From: Escherichia phage Ec_YwIITB1
Strand: one strand, 5' to 3'
Length of the DNA stretch: 64,000 bases
Sequence record: PQ356294.1
In this document: positions 10,357-20,580 of the stretch, one piece after another
Layout: every line of letters starts with the position of its first letter
Position numbering within the stretch: the stretch's first letter is position 1
Made by a program: the position numbers and the translations under genes
The notes under the pieces: model-generated
Told to the model about the DNA's origin: nothing
The model's input: only the letters and a program-made list of their open reading frames with translations
The model's database searches: none

Positions 10357-11786
10357 TTATGGATAGGTATAGATGATACCAGTTTCTAAAGCAGTTTTAT
10401 GAATGATGTATCCATTGCGTGATTCTTGAACATCAACTTCTGGATAGTCTTTCATCATCTTCTGAAGAGTGTAACGATGCAGGTAGTATTTACTGTCTGG
10501 ATCTTCAGTTTTCCAATCTTTACCTTCTTCGGTCATTTTTTGGATTTCATCCATAACCCACCAGCCGCACCAGATATAAGCCGAAGTACGATGTGGAAGA
10601 GGATGAACATAAGGCAATTCACCTTCTGGTTCCGGAGCAACTTTATCAGTTACCTGAACTTGGCCTGTTGCTTTAACTGTTTTACTATCATAGTCGGTTG
10701 CTGTAACGACAGCAGTAACTTCAATAGTTTGACTTCCAATAGATGAGGTGTCAACGGTGTATACATTAGTTGACCCTTCTACAGGAGAAGAATCTTTCTT
10801 CCATGAATAAGTAATTTGAGCTGCTTCAGGTGCTCCGTGACATTAGCCGTAAATGTAGCCGAAGCATCTTGCTGAACGTTAATAGAAGGAGGAGTCAATG
10901 TAACCTGTGGATTCATTGTCTTCTTATTAACTGTCAATGATACTTCATTAGAAGTAACTTCCTTTGCATCATAATTTTCAGCCGTTACTTGGGCTACACA
11001 CTTAACTGTTTTAGCTCCAACTGTGGTAGGAGTATAGTTAAATGTAGTAGTAGTTTCTCCATCGACCAGAGAACCGTCAACATACCACTGATACGTAGCA
11101 GACGCTCCTGGTGGCTGTGAAGCCAAGGTAGCAGTAAATTGAACTGGGGTTCCAATAACTCCTGCTGGAGGATTAGCAGGAGTTACGGCTAACGTAGTTG
11201 TCTGTGTTTTCTTATTAACAGTCAGTGACACTTCATTAGAAGTAACTTCCTTTGCATCATAATCTGTCGCGGTTACTTGAGCTACACACTTAATTGTTTT
11301 AACTCCGCTTGCGTCAGGAGTGTAATTGAATGTAGTGCCAGTTGCTTCGCCCACAGGAGAACCGTCAACGTGCCATTGATACGTAGCGTTTGCACTTGGT
11401 GGCTGTGAAGCTAAGGCAGCGGTAAATTCAATTGGAGTTCCAATCACTCCAGCATCAGGGCTACCAGGAGTTACAGCTAAAATAGTTGTTTGTGTCTTAT
11501 TTTGAACCGTGATAGTTGTCGTAGTTTCTGCTGTTTCAGGTTCAGGTTCAGATTCAGATTCTGGAACTGTATTTGTTGCAACGACTTTAATAGTCTTTTG
11601 ACCTGCAGGTCCTTTTAATACATAGCCAAAAGTTGCCGCTTCTCCATCTTGCGGAACATTATCTACACTCCAAGCATAGGTAATAGTTCCATCTCCAGTT
11701 TCACCACTGGGTGTAGCAGTAAACTGCTTGGTTTCATCAATAACTCCTGTTGGGGTTTTAGGAGTTATATCAACTGTAAAAGTCAT
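10357..11786 (-). pseudogene. hoc: Head outer capsid protein Hoc; extra tandem Ig-like domain and an apparent 1-nt deletion (about 10836) separating the Ig domains from the capsid-binding C-terminal domain
   Basis: ORF 10779..11786 (N-terminal Ig domains) and ORF 10357..10617 (conserved Hoc C-terminus LPYVHPLPHR...IIYTYP) in different frames; pseudogene or sequencing error. Confidence 0.8.
10917..11498 (-). repeat. Tandem direct duplication (2 x about 291 bp) encoding two near-identical Hoc Ig-like domains
   Basis: Protein repeat KTQTT.LAVTP...ATYQW.VDGS...KCVAQVTA..YDAKEVTSNEVSLTVNKKT occurs twice in tandem; DNA copies at about 11208-11498 and 10917-11207. Confidence 0.75.
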
Positions 11787-11795
11787 AAGTTATCC

Positions 11796-12476
11796 TTATT
11801 TTAATGTTACGAAAGAAGAATTACGTGTTTCACGAATTAGAACTGATCCGTCGCGATTAATGTAATAAATTAAGCTAAATAAAGTTTGATGCGCAGACGC
11901 ATGCTCAAAACTGGTTGGGCGAGATTTCCAATCTGGAGTTTCAGCAATCCATTGGTAAATCCACCAAGGAACAGTGCAGAATCCTGGATTTTTTCCAATC
12001 AGCTGAAGATTCGGGCTAAAGTTTTCCGGAAGAGTAAATACAGACGGCTTTTCAGATTCAATAATCTCAGCTACAGCCTGCTCGAATTTTTCTTCAACAA
12101 AAGGAGTATCTTCAATCAAAACATCGGTATTTTCAGGAATTTTATCCATTTCTACTACTTCAATTTTAATGTCAGATTTAACCGGAGAATCAATCAGAAG
12201 TGCTGCCTCTGGATTGACTTCTTCATCGTCATATTTTAATCCGTCTGCGGCATCAGCAGCATCAATTAAGTCTTTAATAGATAACCCATCAGTCTCTGGC
12301 ATAGGTTCACTAGCGAGCTTCTGGAGGGCTTCTTCAATATCAACAACGATATTATCAAAAGATTTATTCTTTTTGACTTTTATACCAAACTGTTCAGCAT
12401 ATTCAGCTAATTTAGCTTTAGCTTCTTTATTATCATCAAGAGCCTTCAGCTCTGCAATATAATCTTTATCTATCAT
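11796..12476 (-). CDS. inh: Inhibitor of prohead protease (Inh)
   Basis: 226-aa ORF at conserved position between hoc and uvsW. Confidence 0.8.
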   Translation of the reverse strand: MIDKDYIAELKALDDNKEAKAKLAEYAEQFGIKVKKNKSFDNIVVDIEEALQKLASEPMPETDGLSIKDLIDAADAADGLKYDDEEVNPEAALLIDSPVKSDIKIEVVEMDKIPENTDVLIEDTPFVEEKFEQAVAEIIESEKPSVFTLPENFSPNLQLIGKNPGFCTVPWWIYQWIAETPDWKSRPTSFEHASAHQTLFSLIYYINRDGSVLIRETRNSSFVTLK

Positions 12477-12489
12477 AATATTTCCTCAG

Positions 12490-12497
12490 TATAAATA
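12490..12497 (+). promoter_or_regulatory. Late promoter TATAAATA for uvsW
   Basis: Exact motif 29 nt upstream of uvsW ATG. Confidence 0.6.
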
Positions 12498-12526
12498 TAG
12501 ATATATTTATTACATGGTATTTAGAC

Positions 12527-14038
12527 ATGACTGACATTAAAGTACATTTTTATGATTTTAGTCACGTGAGAATTGATTGTGAAGAAAGTACATTTCATGA
12601 ACTCCGTGATTTCTTTAGCTTTGAAGCCGATGGGTATCGTTTTAATCCAAAGTACAGATATGGTAACTGGGATGGACGAATCCGTCTTTTAGATTATAAT
12701 CGTCTTCTTCCATTCGGCTTAGTCGGGCAAATTAAAAAGTTCTGTGATAACTTTGGCTATAAAGCCTGGATTGACCCACAGATTAACGAAAAAGAAGAAT
12801 TATCAAGAAAAGATTTTGATGAATGGCTTTCTAAATTAGAAATCTATTCAGGAAATAAAAGAATTGAACCGCATTGGTATCAAAAAGATGCAGTGTTCGA
12901 AGGATTAGTTAATCGTCGTAGAATTCTTAATCTTCCAACATCCGCAGGTAAATCTTTAATTCAAGCTTTGCTTGCTCGATATTATTTGGAAAATTATGAA
13001 GGCAAAATTCTTATCATTGTTCCAACAACTGCTCTGACAACTCAGATGGCTGATGACTTTGTTGACTATCGTTTATTCAGTCATGCAATGATAAAGAAAA
13101 TCGGCGGTGGAGCATCAAAAGATGATAAATATAAAAATGATGCACCAGTCGTTGTTGGTACATGGCAAACTGTAGTAAAACAACCGAAAGAATGGTTCTC
13201 ACAGTTTGGAATGATGATGAATGACGAATGCCATCTTGCTACAGGAAAAAGTATTTCATCTATCATATCAGGTTTAAATAACTGTATGTTTAAATTTGGT
13301 TTATCTGGTTCATTGCGCGATGGCAAAGCCAATATCATGCAGTATGTTGGAATGTTTGGTGAAATATTTAAGCCAGTAACGACCTCTAAATTAATGGAAG
13401 ATGGACAAGTAACTGAGTTAAAAATTAATAGTATTTTTCTTCGCTATCCCGATGAGTTCACTACTAAATTAAAGGGAAAAACTTACCAAGAAGAAATAAA
13501 AATTATTACTGGACTCAGTAAAAGAAATAAATGGATCGCTAAATTAGCTATTAAGCTTGCACAAAAAGATGAAAACGCTTTTGTCATGTTTAAACACGTA
13601 TCACATGGTAAAGCTATTTTCGATTTAATTAAAAATGAATACGATAAAGTTTATTACGTATCAGGGGAAGTTGATACCGAAACCCGCAATGTAATGAAAA
13701 CCTTAGCTGAAAACGGTAAAGGAATAATTATAGTAGCTAGTTATGGTGTATTTTCTACCGGTATTTCAGTTAAAAATCTGCATCACGTTGTTTTAGCACA
13801 CGGTGTTAAATCTAAAATTATTGTATTACAAACAATCGGTCGTGTATTACGTAAGCATGGTTCCAAAACAATCGCAACAGTCTGGGACCTCATAGATGAT
13901 TGTGGTGTTAAACCAAAATCTGCTAATACGAAAAAGAAATACGTTCATTTGAACTATCTTTTAAAACACGGCATTGATCGTATTCAGCGCTACGCAGATG
14001 AAAAATTTAATTACGTAATGAAAACAGTTAATTTATAA
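12527..14038 (+). CDS. uvsW: UvsW SF2 DNA/RNA helicase
   Basis: 503-aa ORF matching T4 UvsW; Walker A-like PTSAGKS, DECH box. Confidence 0.95.
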   Translation: MTDIKVHFYDFSHVRIDCEESTFHELRDFFSFEADGYRFNPKYRYGNWDGRIRLLDYNRLLPFGLVGQIKKFCDNFGYKAWIDPQINEKEELSRKDFDEWLSKLEIYSGNKRIEPHWYQKDAVFEGLVNRRRILNLPTSAGKSLIQALLARYYLENYEGKILIIVPTTALTTQMADDFVDYRLFSHAMIKKIGGGASKDDKYKNDAPVVVGTWQTVVKQPKEWFSQFGMMMNDECHLATGKSISSIISGLNNCMFKFGLSGSLRDGKANIMQYVGMFGEIFKPVTTSKLMEDGQVTELKINSIFLRYPDEFTTKLKGKTYQEEIKIITGLSKRNKWIAKLAIKLAQKDENAFVMFKHVSHGKAIFDLIKNEYDKVYYVSGEVDTETRNVMKTLAENGKGIIIVASYGVFSTGISVKNLHHVVLAHGVKSKIIVLQTIGRVLRKHGSKTIATVWDLIDDCGVKPKSANTKKKYVHLNYLLKHGIDRIQRYADEKFNYVMKTVNL

Positions 14039-14063
14039 GGGCTTCGGCCCTTTGGAGAAAAAG

Positions 14064-14294
14064 ATGTTACTAGAATTTAAACAATTTCTTTATGAAGCTT
14101 CTATTGATGAATTTATGGGTAAAATTGCCTCTTGTCAAACAATAGAAGGTTTAGAAGAACTTGAAGCTTATTACAAGAAAAGAGTTAAAGAAACTGAATT
14201 AAAAGATACTGATGACATCTCAGTCAGAGATGCTTTGGCAGGAAAAAGAGCTGAATTAGAAGATTCAGACGATGAAGTAGAAGAAAGCTTTTAA
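14064..14294 (+). CDS. uvsW.1: UvsW.1 small acidic protein
   Basis: ORF 14052..14294; ATG at 14064 preceded by GGAG; 76 aa. Confidence 0.7.
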   Translation: MLLEFKQFLYEASIDEFMGKIASCQTIEGLEELEAYYKKRVKETELKDTDDISVRDALAGKRAELEDSDDEVEESF

Positions 14295-14349
14295 ATTAAA
14301 AAAGGCCCAACCAAAAAGGAAGGGCCAAAACTATAGACTAAAGGTCACA

Positions 14350-14517
14350 CTATAGCAAAAGTTGTGTTTCATTTAATTGTTCTTCCGAACTTTCTGAAAC
14401 TGGTAGTTCTTTAATGTAATTATAACAAGGCCCAGGATGTACAGGACCTTTGTCTGTTTCAACAACCAATGCAGAATCGATTGGAGTTTTACAGACAACA
14501 CAAATCTTATCTGACAT
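14350..14517 (-). CDS. Small Cys-containing protein (uvsY.-2-like)
   Basis: ORF 14350..14580; start placed at internal ATG (MSDKICVVCK...) which has AAGGAG and a TATAAATA motif upstream. Confidence 0.55.
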   Translation of the reverse strand: MSDKICVVCKTPIDSALVVETDKGPVHPGPCYNYIKELPVSESSEEQLNETQLLL

Positions 14518-14543
14518 GATTGTCTCCTTTTGAATATAGTAAT

Positions 14544-14551
14544 ATTTATAA
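14544..14551 (-). promoter_or_regulatory. Late promoter TATAAATA (minus strand) upstream of small Cys-containing ORF
   Basis: Reverse complement reads TATAAATA, followed by AAGGAG and ATG. Confidence 0.5.
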
Positions 14552-14621
14552 ACCCATTTTAATCCGCATTTCTTGCACACGGATTAAGCAAGCTTCCATC
14601 TCTGCTAAATTATATATCTAT

Positions 14622-14846
14622 TTATATAACTCTCATATGCATATCAATGCCCATATCTTTAGAATAAAAATATTCATCAAGATATCCGGCAAATTTTCCT
14701 TTAACATAAAGTACATCTTCACCACATGGATGGTCGGCCAGGATACGAATATCCTGACGCTTGAGATTATACTTTTTCATTAAGAATTGAATTTCCGTTT
14801 CGAATTCTTCTTCATAATTAAAAGCATCATCAATGCTATATCTCAT
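14622..14846 (-). CDS. Hypothetical protein (uvsY.-1-like)
   Basis: 74-aa ORF immediately downstream of uvsY. Confidence 0.6.
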   Translation of the reverse strand: MRYSIDDAFNYEEEFETEIQFLMKKYNLKRQDIRILADHPCGEDVLYVKGKFAGYLDEYFYSKDMGIDMHMRVI

Positions 14847-15259
14847 TATTTTCCAGCCTCAAATGCTCGCATGTCTTGAATATGCTTAATAGCAAATCCG
14901 CGCGATTTAATAGCATCAAGAGCTCCGCTACAGAAATCCAATAAAATTCCCCAATACTGCAATGAAGTATCAACTTTTAAAACATCCTTATCAGCTGATA
15001 GAACTGTCTTCATTTCTGATTTCTCATAGCGGTCCATACTAAATTCATCACCATCTCCTCGTCCCGAGTAGTAGTCTAATCTAGCTTTAAGAGCAACTTT
15101 TTTCTGTGCGTCAATTCTAAGCATTTCCTTTTTAATACTTGAATGCTTATTGAGCCATTTACTATATAACATCACATTATTAGCTGCTTCATACTGTAAT
15201 TTAGTCGAATCTATAAACACATCTTTCTTCAATTCTTCTTGAAGATCTTCTAATCTCAT
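14846..15259 (-). CDS. uvsY: Recombination mediator protein UvsY
   Basis: 137-aa ORF matching T4 UvsY. Confidence 0.9.
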   Translation of the reverse strand: MRLEDLQEELKKDVFIDSTKLQYEAANNVMLYSKWLNKHSSIKKEMLRIDAQKKVALKARLDYYSGRGDGDEFSMDRYEKSEMKTVLSADKDVLKVDTSLQYWGILLDFCSGALDAIKSRGFAIKHIQDMRAFEAGK

Positions 15260-15325
15260 ATTGCTCTCTATTCAATTGTTATTGGATGGACTTAGATTCA
15301 TTATACCACGTTTATACGTGAAGCA

Positions 15326-15724
15326 TTATACTCTGTTACTGGAAGCCAGTTGTAGTTTTATCTGCTCAATATCATCAGGGTTATCGATGACTGAAAAGCG
15401 TATTTCTACTATCAGAGTATAATCATCATAAACCGGTATTACATTAACTGCTAATTTATCAATACGTGGCTCGTAGTTTCTTACTGCGCTTTCAATGTTA
15501 CGCTCAACAGTATCAGCAGTAAGAGGAGTCATATTCTCAAAAAGTTGATCAGATAAATCGCATCCAAATTCTGGGTCAAATGGCCTTGACCCTTTCCTGG
15601 TTGTAATAATTCCTAAAAGGCTATTTTTAATTGACCTTAATCCAAGAGATCTTGAAACATCTTTGTCCCAATCCATTTTCATTTCTGGGTCAATGTCAGA
15701 ATAAAGCTTATTAATATTTGCCAT
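15326..15724 (-). CDS. 25: Baseplate wedge protein gp25
   Basis: 132-aa ORF, conserved order 25-26 divergent from 51. Confidence 0.9.
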   Translation of the reverse strand: MANINKLYSDIDPEMKMDWDKDVSRSLGLRSIKNSLLGIITTRKGSRPFDPEFGCDLSDQLFENMTPLTADTVERNIESAVRNYEPRIDKLAVNVIPVYDDYTLIVEIRFSVIDNPDDIEQIKLQLASSNRV

Positions 15725-16350
15725 TACAATAGCTCAAAGAATTCTTTGAGTCCTCTTATTACATGAGCGTGAGTTTTTCCACACTCTGGACACTTAATTG
15801 GAACAGCCAAATAAACAGTAGGCTTTAAAAGCATATCTTTTATAGCTACAATATCTGACTCTGTGATGATAGAGTATAAATCTTCCAGTTCTTTTTCATT
15901 TAAATCTTCAACTGGAATGCTTTCACCGTTAGCATGAATCGTTTCTATGCATGATACTATCATGTGGGCTATATTTTTATCATCAAAAATTTTAGGGTAA
16001 TGGAACTTAATTTTAATGTCACCCAGTGTATACCAGAGGTCTTCTGGTGCATCTATTTGTGTATGTAATAGATTTATATGGGTTGGTATTTCAGCTCCGC
16101 AGGTGCACTTCCAGGAATTTTCATGATTAACTTCTCCAAGAGAATGTGCCCATAAATGAATCAGCAGTAGTTCTGATTCTTGACGGTTTAAATCTTTTGC
16201 ATTTGTGCATTCTTTGATTAGCTTTTTAACGATCTCTTCTACTGAACCGTTCTTTTTAGCAGTAATAAGTTCTAGATATTCTTTAAGAGTAAATGCGCGG
16301 CAGTTGATTATTTTAGAACCAACTCTCACGTCAAATTTGTATTCATACAT
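15724..16350 (-). CDS. 26: Baseplate hub protein gp26
   Basis: 208-aa ORF, overlaps gene 25 start. Confidence 0.85.
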   Translation of the reverse strand: MYEYKFDVRVGSKIINCRAFTLKEYLELITAKKNGSVEEIVKKLIKECTNAKDLNRQESELLLIHLWAHSLGEVNHENSWKCTCGAEIPTHINLLHTQIDAPEDLWYTLGDIKIKFHYPKIFDDKNIAHMIVSCIETIHANGESIPVEDLNEKELEDLYSIITESDIVAIKDMLLKPTVYLAVPIKCPECGKTHAHVIRGLKEFFELL

Positions 16351-16371
16351 ATTTAGCTCCTTTATTTATCA

Positions 16372-16383
16372 TATTTATAAATA
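16372..16383. promoter_or_regulatory. Divergent overlapping late promoters (TATAAATA on both strands) between genes 26 and 51
   Basis: Plus strand TATAAATA at 16376-16383; minus strand TATAAATA at 16372-16379. Confidence 0.6.
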
Positions 16384-16400
16384 GAATAAAAGGAGCATCT

Positions 16401-17150
16401 ATGGCAAACATTATTCGTTGTAAATTACCAGATGGTGTTCATCGTTTTAAACCATTTACGGTAGAAGATTATCGAGATTTTTTGTTAGTTCGAAACGATA
16501 TAGAACATCGGTCACCACAAGAACAAAAAGAAATAATTGCTGATTTAATTGCTGATTATTTTGGAGACTATCCGAAGACTTGGCAACCATTTATATTTTT
16601 GCAGGTATTTGTAGGGTCAATAGGTAAAACTAAAGTACCGGTCACATTTGTATGTCCAAAATGCAAAAAAGAAAAGACAGTTCCATTTGAAATATATCAA
16701 AAAGAATTAAAGGAACCTGTTTTTGATGTAGCTAATGTTAAAATTAAATTAAAGTTTCCTTCTGAGTTTTATGAAAATAAAGCAAAGATGATTACTGAAA
16801 ATATTCATTCCGTTCAAGTAGATGAAATGTGGTATGATTGGAAGGAAATTAGCGAATCGAGTCAAATAGAACTTGTTGATGCCATCGAGATAGAAACATT
16901 AGAAAAAATTCTCGATGCAATGAATCCTATTAATTTAACGTTGCATATGTCATGTTGTAATAAGTATGTAAAAAAATACACTGATATAGTAGATGTGTTT
17001 AAGCTATTAGTTAATCCAGATGAGATATTTACTTTTTATCAAATCAATCACACGCTCGTAAAAAGTAATTATAGTTTAAATTCAATAATGAAAATGATTC
17101 CTGCTGAGCGCGGATTCGTATTAAAACTGATTGAGAAGGATAAACAATAA
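16401..17150 (+). CDS. 51: Baseplate hub assembly protein gp51
   Basis: 249-aa ORF; TATAAATA upstream. Confidence 0.85.
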   Translation: MANIIRCKLPDGVHRFKPFTVEDYRDFLLVRNDIEHRSPQEQKEIIADLIADYFGDYPKTWQPFIFLQVFVGSIGKTKVPVTFVCPKCKKEKTVPFEIYQKELKEPVFDVANVKIKLKFPSEFYENKAKMITENIHSVQVDEMWYDWKEISESSQIELVDAIEIETLEKILDAMNPINLTLHMSCCNKYVKKYTDIVDVFKLLVNPDEIFTFYQINHTLVKSNYSLNSIMKMIPAERGFVLKLIEKDKQ

Positions 17151-18325
17151 TGAGTATGTTGCAACGCCCAGGATATCCAAATCTCAGCGTTAAATTATTT
17201 GATAGCTACGACGCTTGGAGTAATAATAGATTTGTTGAATTAGCTGCTACTATTACCACATTAACTATGCGGGATTCTCTTTATGGCCGAAATGAAGGAA
17301 TGCTGCAGTTTTATGATTCTAAAAATATCCATACAAAAATGGATGGGAACGAAATAATTCAGATTTCTGTGGCTAATGCAAACGATATTAATAATGTTAA
17401 AACAAGAATTTATGGATGTAAGCATTTTTCAGTGTCAGTAGATTCAAAGGGTGATAACATCATTGCTATTGAATTGGGAACTATTCATTCTATAGAAAAT
17501 CTTAAATTTGGCAGACCGTTTTTCTCTGATGCAGGTGAATCTATAAAGGAAATGCTTGGCGTCATTTATCAGGATCGCACGTTATTAACTCCAGCAATAA
17601 ATGCTATAAATGCTTATGTTCCTGATATTCCATGGACTAGCACATTTGAAAACTATTTGTCGTATGTCAGGGAAGTTGCTCTAGCTGTAGGAAGTGACAA
17701 ATTTGTATTTGTGTGGCAAGACATCATGGGAGTTAACATGATGGACTATGATATGATGATAAATCAAGAACCGTATCCAATGATTGTCGGTGAGCCATCT
17801 TTAATAGGTCAATTCATCCAAGAATTAAAATATCCATTAGCATATGATTTCGTTTGGTTGACTAAATCGAATCCTCATAAACGTGACCCAATGAAAAACG
17901 CTACTATCTATGCGCATTCATTTTTAGATTCTTCAATACCAATGATTACTACAGGAAAGGGCGAAAACTCTATTGTAGTGTCAAGGTCAGGTGCTTATTC
18001 TGAAATGACTTATAGGAATGGCTATGAAGAAGCTATTCGTCTTCAAACTATGGCGCAATATGACGGCTATGCTAAATGTTCTACTGTCGGTAATTTTAAC
18101 TTGACTCCTGGTGTTAAAATTATTTTTAATGATAGTAAAAACCAATTTAAAACAGAATTTTACGTTGATGAAGTTATCCATGAATTATCCAATAATAATT
18201 CAGTAACTCATCTATATATGTTCACTAATGCAACGAAACTGGAAACAATAGACCCAGTTAAGGTTAAAAATGAATTTAAATCTGATACTACCACTGAAGA
18301 AAGTAGTTCTTCCAATAAGCAATAA
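17150..18325 (+). CDS. 27: Baseplate hub protein gp27
   Basis: 391-aa ORF matching T4 gp27. Confidence 0.95.
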   Translation: MSMLQRPGYPNLSVKLFDSYDAWSNNRFVELAATITTLTMRDSLYGRNEGMLQFYDSKNIHTKMDGNEIIQISVANANDINNVKTRIYGCKHFSVSVDSKGDNIIAIELGTIHSIENLKFGRPFFSDAGESIKEMLGVIYQDRTLLTPAINAINAYVPDIPWTSTFENYLSYVREVALAVGSDKFVFVWQDIMGVNMMDYDMMINQEPYPMIVGEPSLIGQFIQELKYPLAYDFVWLTKSNPHKRDPMKNATIYAHSFLDSSIPMITTGKGENSIVVSRSGAYSEMTYRNGYEEAIRLQTMAQYDGYAKCSTVGNFNLTPGVKIIFNDSKNQFKTEFYVDEVIHELSNNNSVTHLYMFTNATKLETIDPVKVKNEFKSDTTTEESSSSNKQ

Positions 18326-18803
18326 AGAAGTTTCTATTCCTAAAATGGGTCTTAAACATTATAACATTTTAAAAGATGTTAAAGGTCCTGATGAAAATTT
18401 AAAACTTCTTATTGATTCTATTTGTCCGAATTTATCACCAGCAGAAGTTGATTTTGTTTCTATTCATTTATTGGAATTTAATGGAAAGATTAAATCTCGT
18501 AAAGAAATAGATGGTTATACTTATGACATTAATGATGTTTATGTGTGCCAAAGATTAGAATTTCAATACCAAGGAAATACATTTTATTTTAGACCTCCTG
18601 GAAAATTTGAACAATTTTTAACGGTGAGCGATATGTTATCCAAATGCTTGCTTAAGGTCAATGATGAAGTTAAAGAAATTAATTTTCTTGAGATGCCAGC
18701 ATTCGTTTTAAAATGGGCAAATGATATTTTTACAACTTTAGCAATTCCTGGCCCTAATGGTCCAATAACTGGAATTGGTAATATTATTGGATTATTTGAA
18801 TGA
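18270..18803 (+). CDS. 28: Baseplate hub distal subunit gp28
   Basis: 177-aa ORF overlapping 3' end of gene 27; exact start uncertain. Confidence 0.8.
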   Translation: MNLNLILPLKKVVLPISNKEVSIPKMGLKHYNILKDVKGPDENLKLLIDSICPNLSPAEVDFVSIHLLEFNGKIKSRKEIDGYTYDINDVYVCQRLEFQYQGNTFYFRPPGKFEQFLTVSDMLSKCLLKVNDEVKEINFLEMPAFVLKWANDIFTTLAIPGPNGPITGIGNIIGLFE

Positions 18804-20572
18804 AAAAGCCACAAGAAATGCAAACGATGCGTAGAAAAGTTATTTCAGATAATAAACCAACACAGGAAGCGGCTAAATCCGCTTCTAACACTTTATCTGG
18901 GCTTAATGACATTTCTACAAAATTGGATGATGCTCAAGCTGCTTCCGAATTAATAGCTCAAACCGTTGAAGAAAAATCGAATGAAATAATTGGAGCAATT
19001 GACAATGTAGAAAACGCAGTGAGTGATACTACTGCTGGTTCTGAGTTAATTGCTGAAACTGTAGAAATTGGCAACAATATTAATAAAGAAATTGGTGAAT
19101 CACTCGGAAGTAAATTAGATAAATTAACGAGTTTACTAGAACAAAAAATTCAAACAGCCGGAATTCAACAAACAGGAACTAGTTTAGCTACGGTTGAAAG
19201 CGCTATTCCTGTTAAAGTCGTTGAGGATGATACAGCTGAATCTGTTGGTCCTTTATTACCAGCTCCTGAAGCGGTTAATAATGATCCTGATGCTGATTTT
19301 TTCCCTACCCCTCAACCAGTTGAACCTAAACAAGAATCGCCAGAAGAAAAACAGAAAAAAGAAGCATTTAACTTAAAATTATCTCAAGCTTTAGATAAAT
19401 TAACAAAGACTGTTGATTTTGGATTTAAGAAATCTATTTCAATTAGTGATAAAATATCAAGCATGTTATTTAAGTATACCGTTAGTGCTGCTATTGAAGC
19501 TGCTAAAATGACTGCAATGATATTGGCTGTTGTTGTTGGAATAGATCTGTTAATGGTTCACTTCAAATATTGGTCAGATAAATTTTCACAGGCATGGGAT
19601 TTGTTTAGTACAAACTTTACCAAATTCTCAAGCGAAACCGGAACTTGGGGTCCTTTATTACAGAGCATCTTTGAATCTATTGATGAAATTAAAAAGTTCT
19701 GGGAAGCTGGAGACTGGGGCGGATTGACAGTAGCTATTGTCGAAGGACTTGGAAAGGTTCTTTTTAATTTAGGAGAGCTTATTCAACTTGGAATGGCTAA
19801 ATTATCTGCGGCAATTCTTCGAGTTATTCCTGGTATGAAGGATACTGCTGATGAAGTAGAAGGAAGAGCGCTAGAAAATTTCCAAAATACTACAAATGCT
19901 TCTCTTAGCAAAGAAGACCAGGAAAAAGTTGCGAATTATCAATATAAAAGAATGAATGGAGACCTTGGTCCGATAGCAGAAGGGCTAGACAAGATTGCGA
20001 ACTGGAAAACTCGCGCATCTAACTGGATTCGTGGTGTTGATAATAAAGAAGCACTAACGACTGATGAAGAACGAGCAGAGGAAGAAGAAAAATTAAAACA
20101 ACTTTCACCAGAAGAAAGAAAAAATGCTTTAATGAAAGCTAATGAAGCCCGGGCCGCGATGATTCGTTTTGAAAAATATGCTGATTCAGCTGATATGAGT
20201 AAAGACTCAACGGTTAAATCAGTTGAAGCTGCCTATGAAGACCTTAAAAAACGGATGGATGACCCGGATTTAAATAATTCACCGGCAGTTAAAAAAGAAC
20301 TTGCTGCTAGATTTTCTAAAATTGATGCTACTTATCAAGAGCTCAAGAAAAATCAGCCTAATGCCAAACCTCAAACTTCTGCTAAATCGCCAGAAGCAAA
20401 ACAAGTCCAGGTAATAGAAAAGAACAAAGCACAGCAAGCTCCTGTTCAACAAGCATCTCCTTCAATCAATAATACTAATAATGTTATTAAGAAAAATACT
20501 GTCGTTCATAATATGACACCCGTAACGAGCACGACTGCTCCTGGTGTATTTGATGCGACTGGAGTTAATTAA
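18800..20572 (+). CDS. 29: Tail tube length determinant / baseplate hub protein gp29 (tape measure)
   Basis: 590-aa ORF matching T4 gp29. Confidence 0.9.
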   Translation: MKKPQEMQTMRRKVISDNKPTQEAAKSASNTLSGLNDISTKLDDAQAASELIAQTVEEKSNEIIGAIDNVENAVSDTTAGSELIAETVEIGNNINKEIGESLGSKLDKLTSLLEQKIQTAGIQQTGTSLATVESAIPVKVVEDDTAESVGPLLPAPEAVNNDPDADFFPTPQPVEPKQESPEEKQKKEAFNLKLSQALDKLTKTVDFGFKKSISISDKISSMLFKYTVSAAIEAAKMTAMILAVVVGIDLLMVHFKYWSDKFSQAWDLFSTNFTKFSSETGTWGPLLQSIFESIDEIKKFWEAGDWGGLTVAIVEGLGKVLFNLGELIQLGMAKLSAAILRVIPGMKDTADEVEGRALENFQNTTNASLSKEDQEKVANYQYKRMNGDLGPIAEGLDKIANWKTRASNWIRGVDNKEALTTDEERAEEEEKLKQLSPEERKNALMKANEARAAMIRFEKYADSADMSKDSTVKSVEAAYEDLKKRMDDPDLNNSPAVKKELAARFSKIDATYQELKKNQPNAKPQTSAKSPEAKQVQVIEKNKAQQAPVQQASPSINNTNNVIKKNTVVHNMTPVTSTTAPGVFDATGVN

Positions 20573-20580
20573 GGAATAAT

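Noticed and set aside
18270-18325. 56-nt overlap between genes 27 and 28 as a possible frameshift
   Set aside because: Both ORFs have the lengths I recall for T4 gp27 (391 aa) and gp28 (177 aa); overlap is probably genuine or reflects an uncertain gp28 start.
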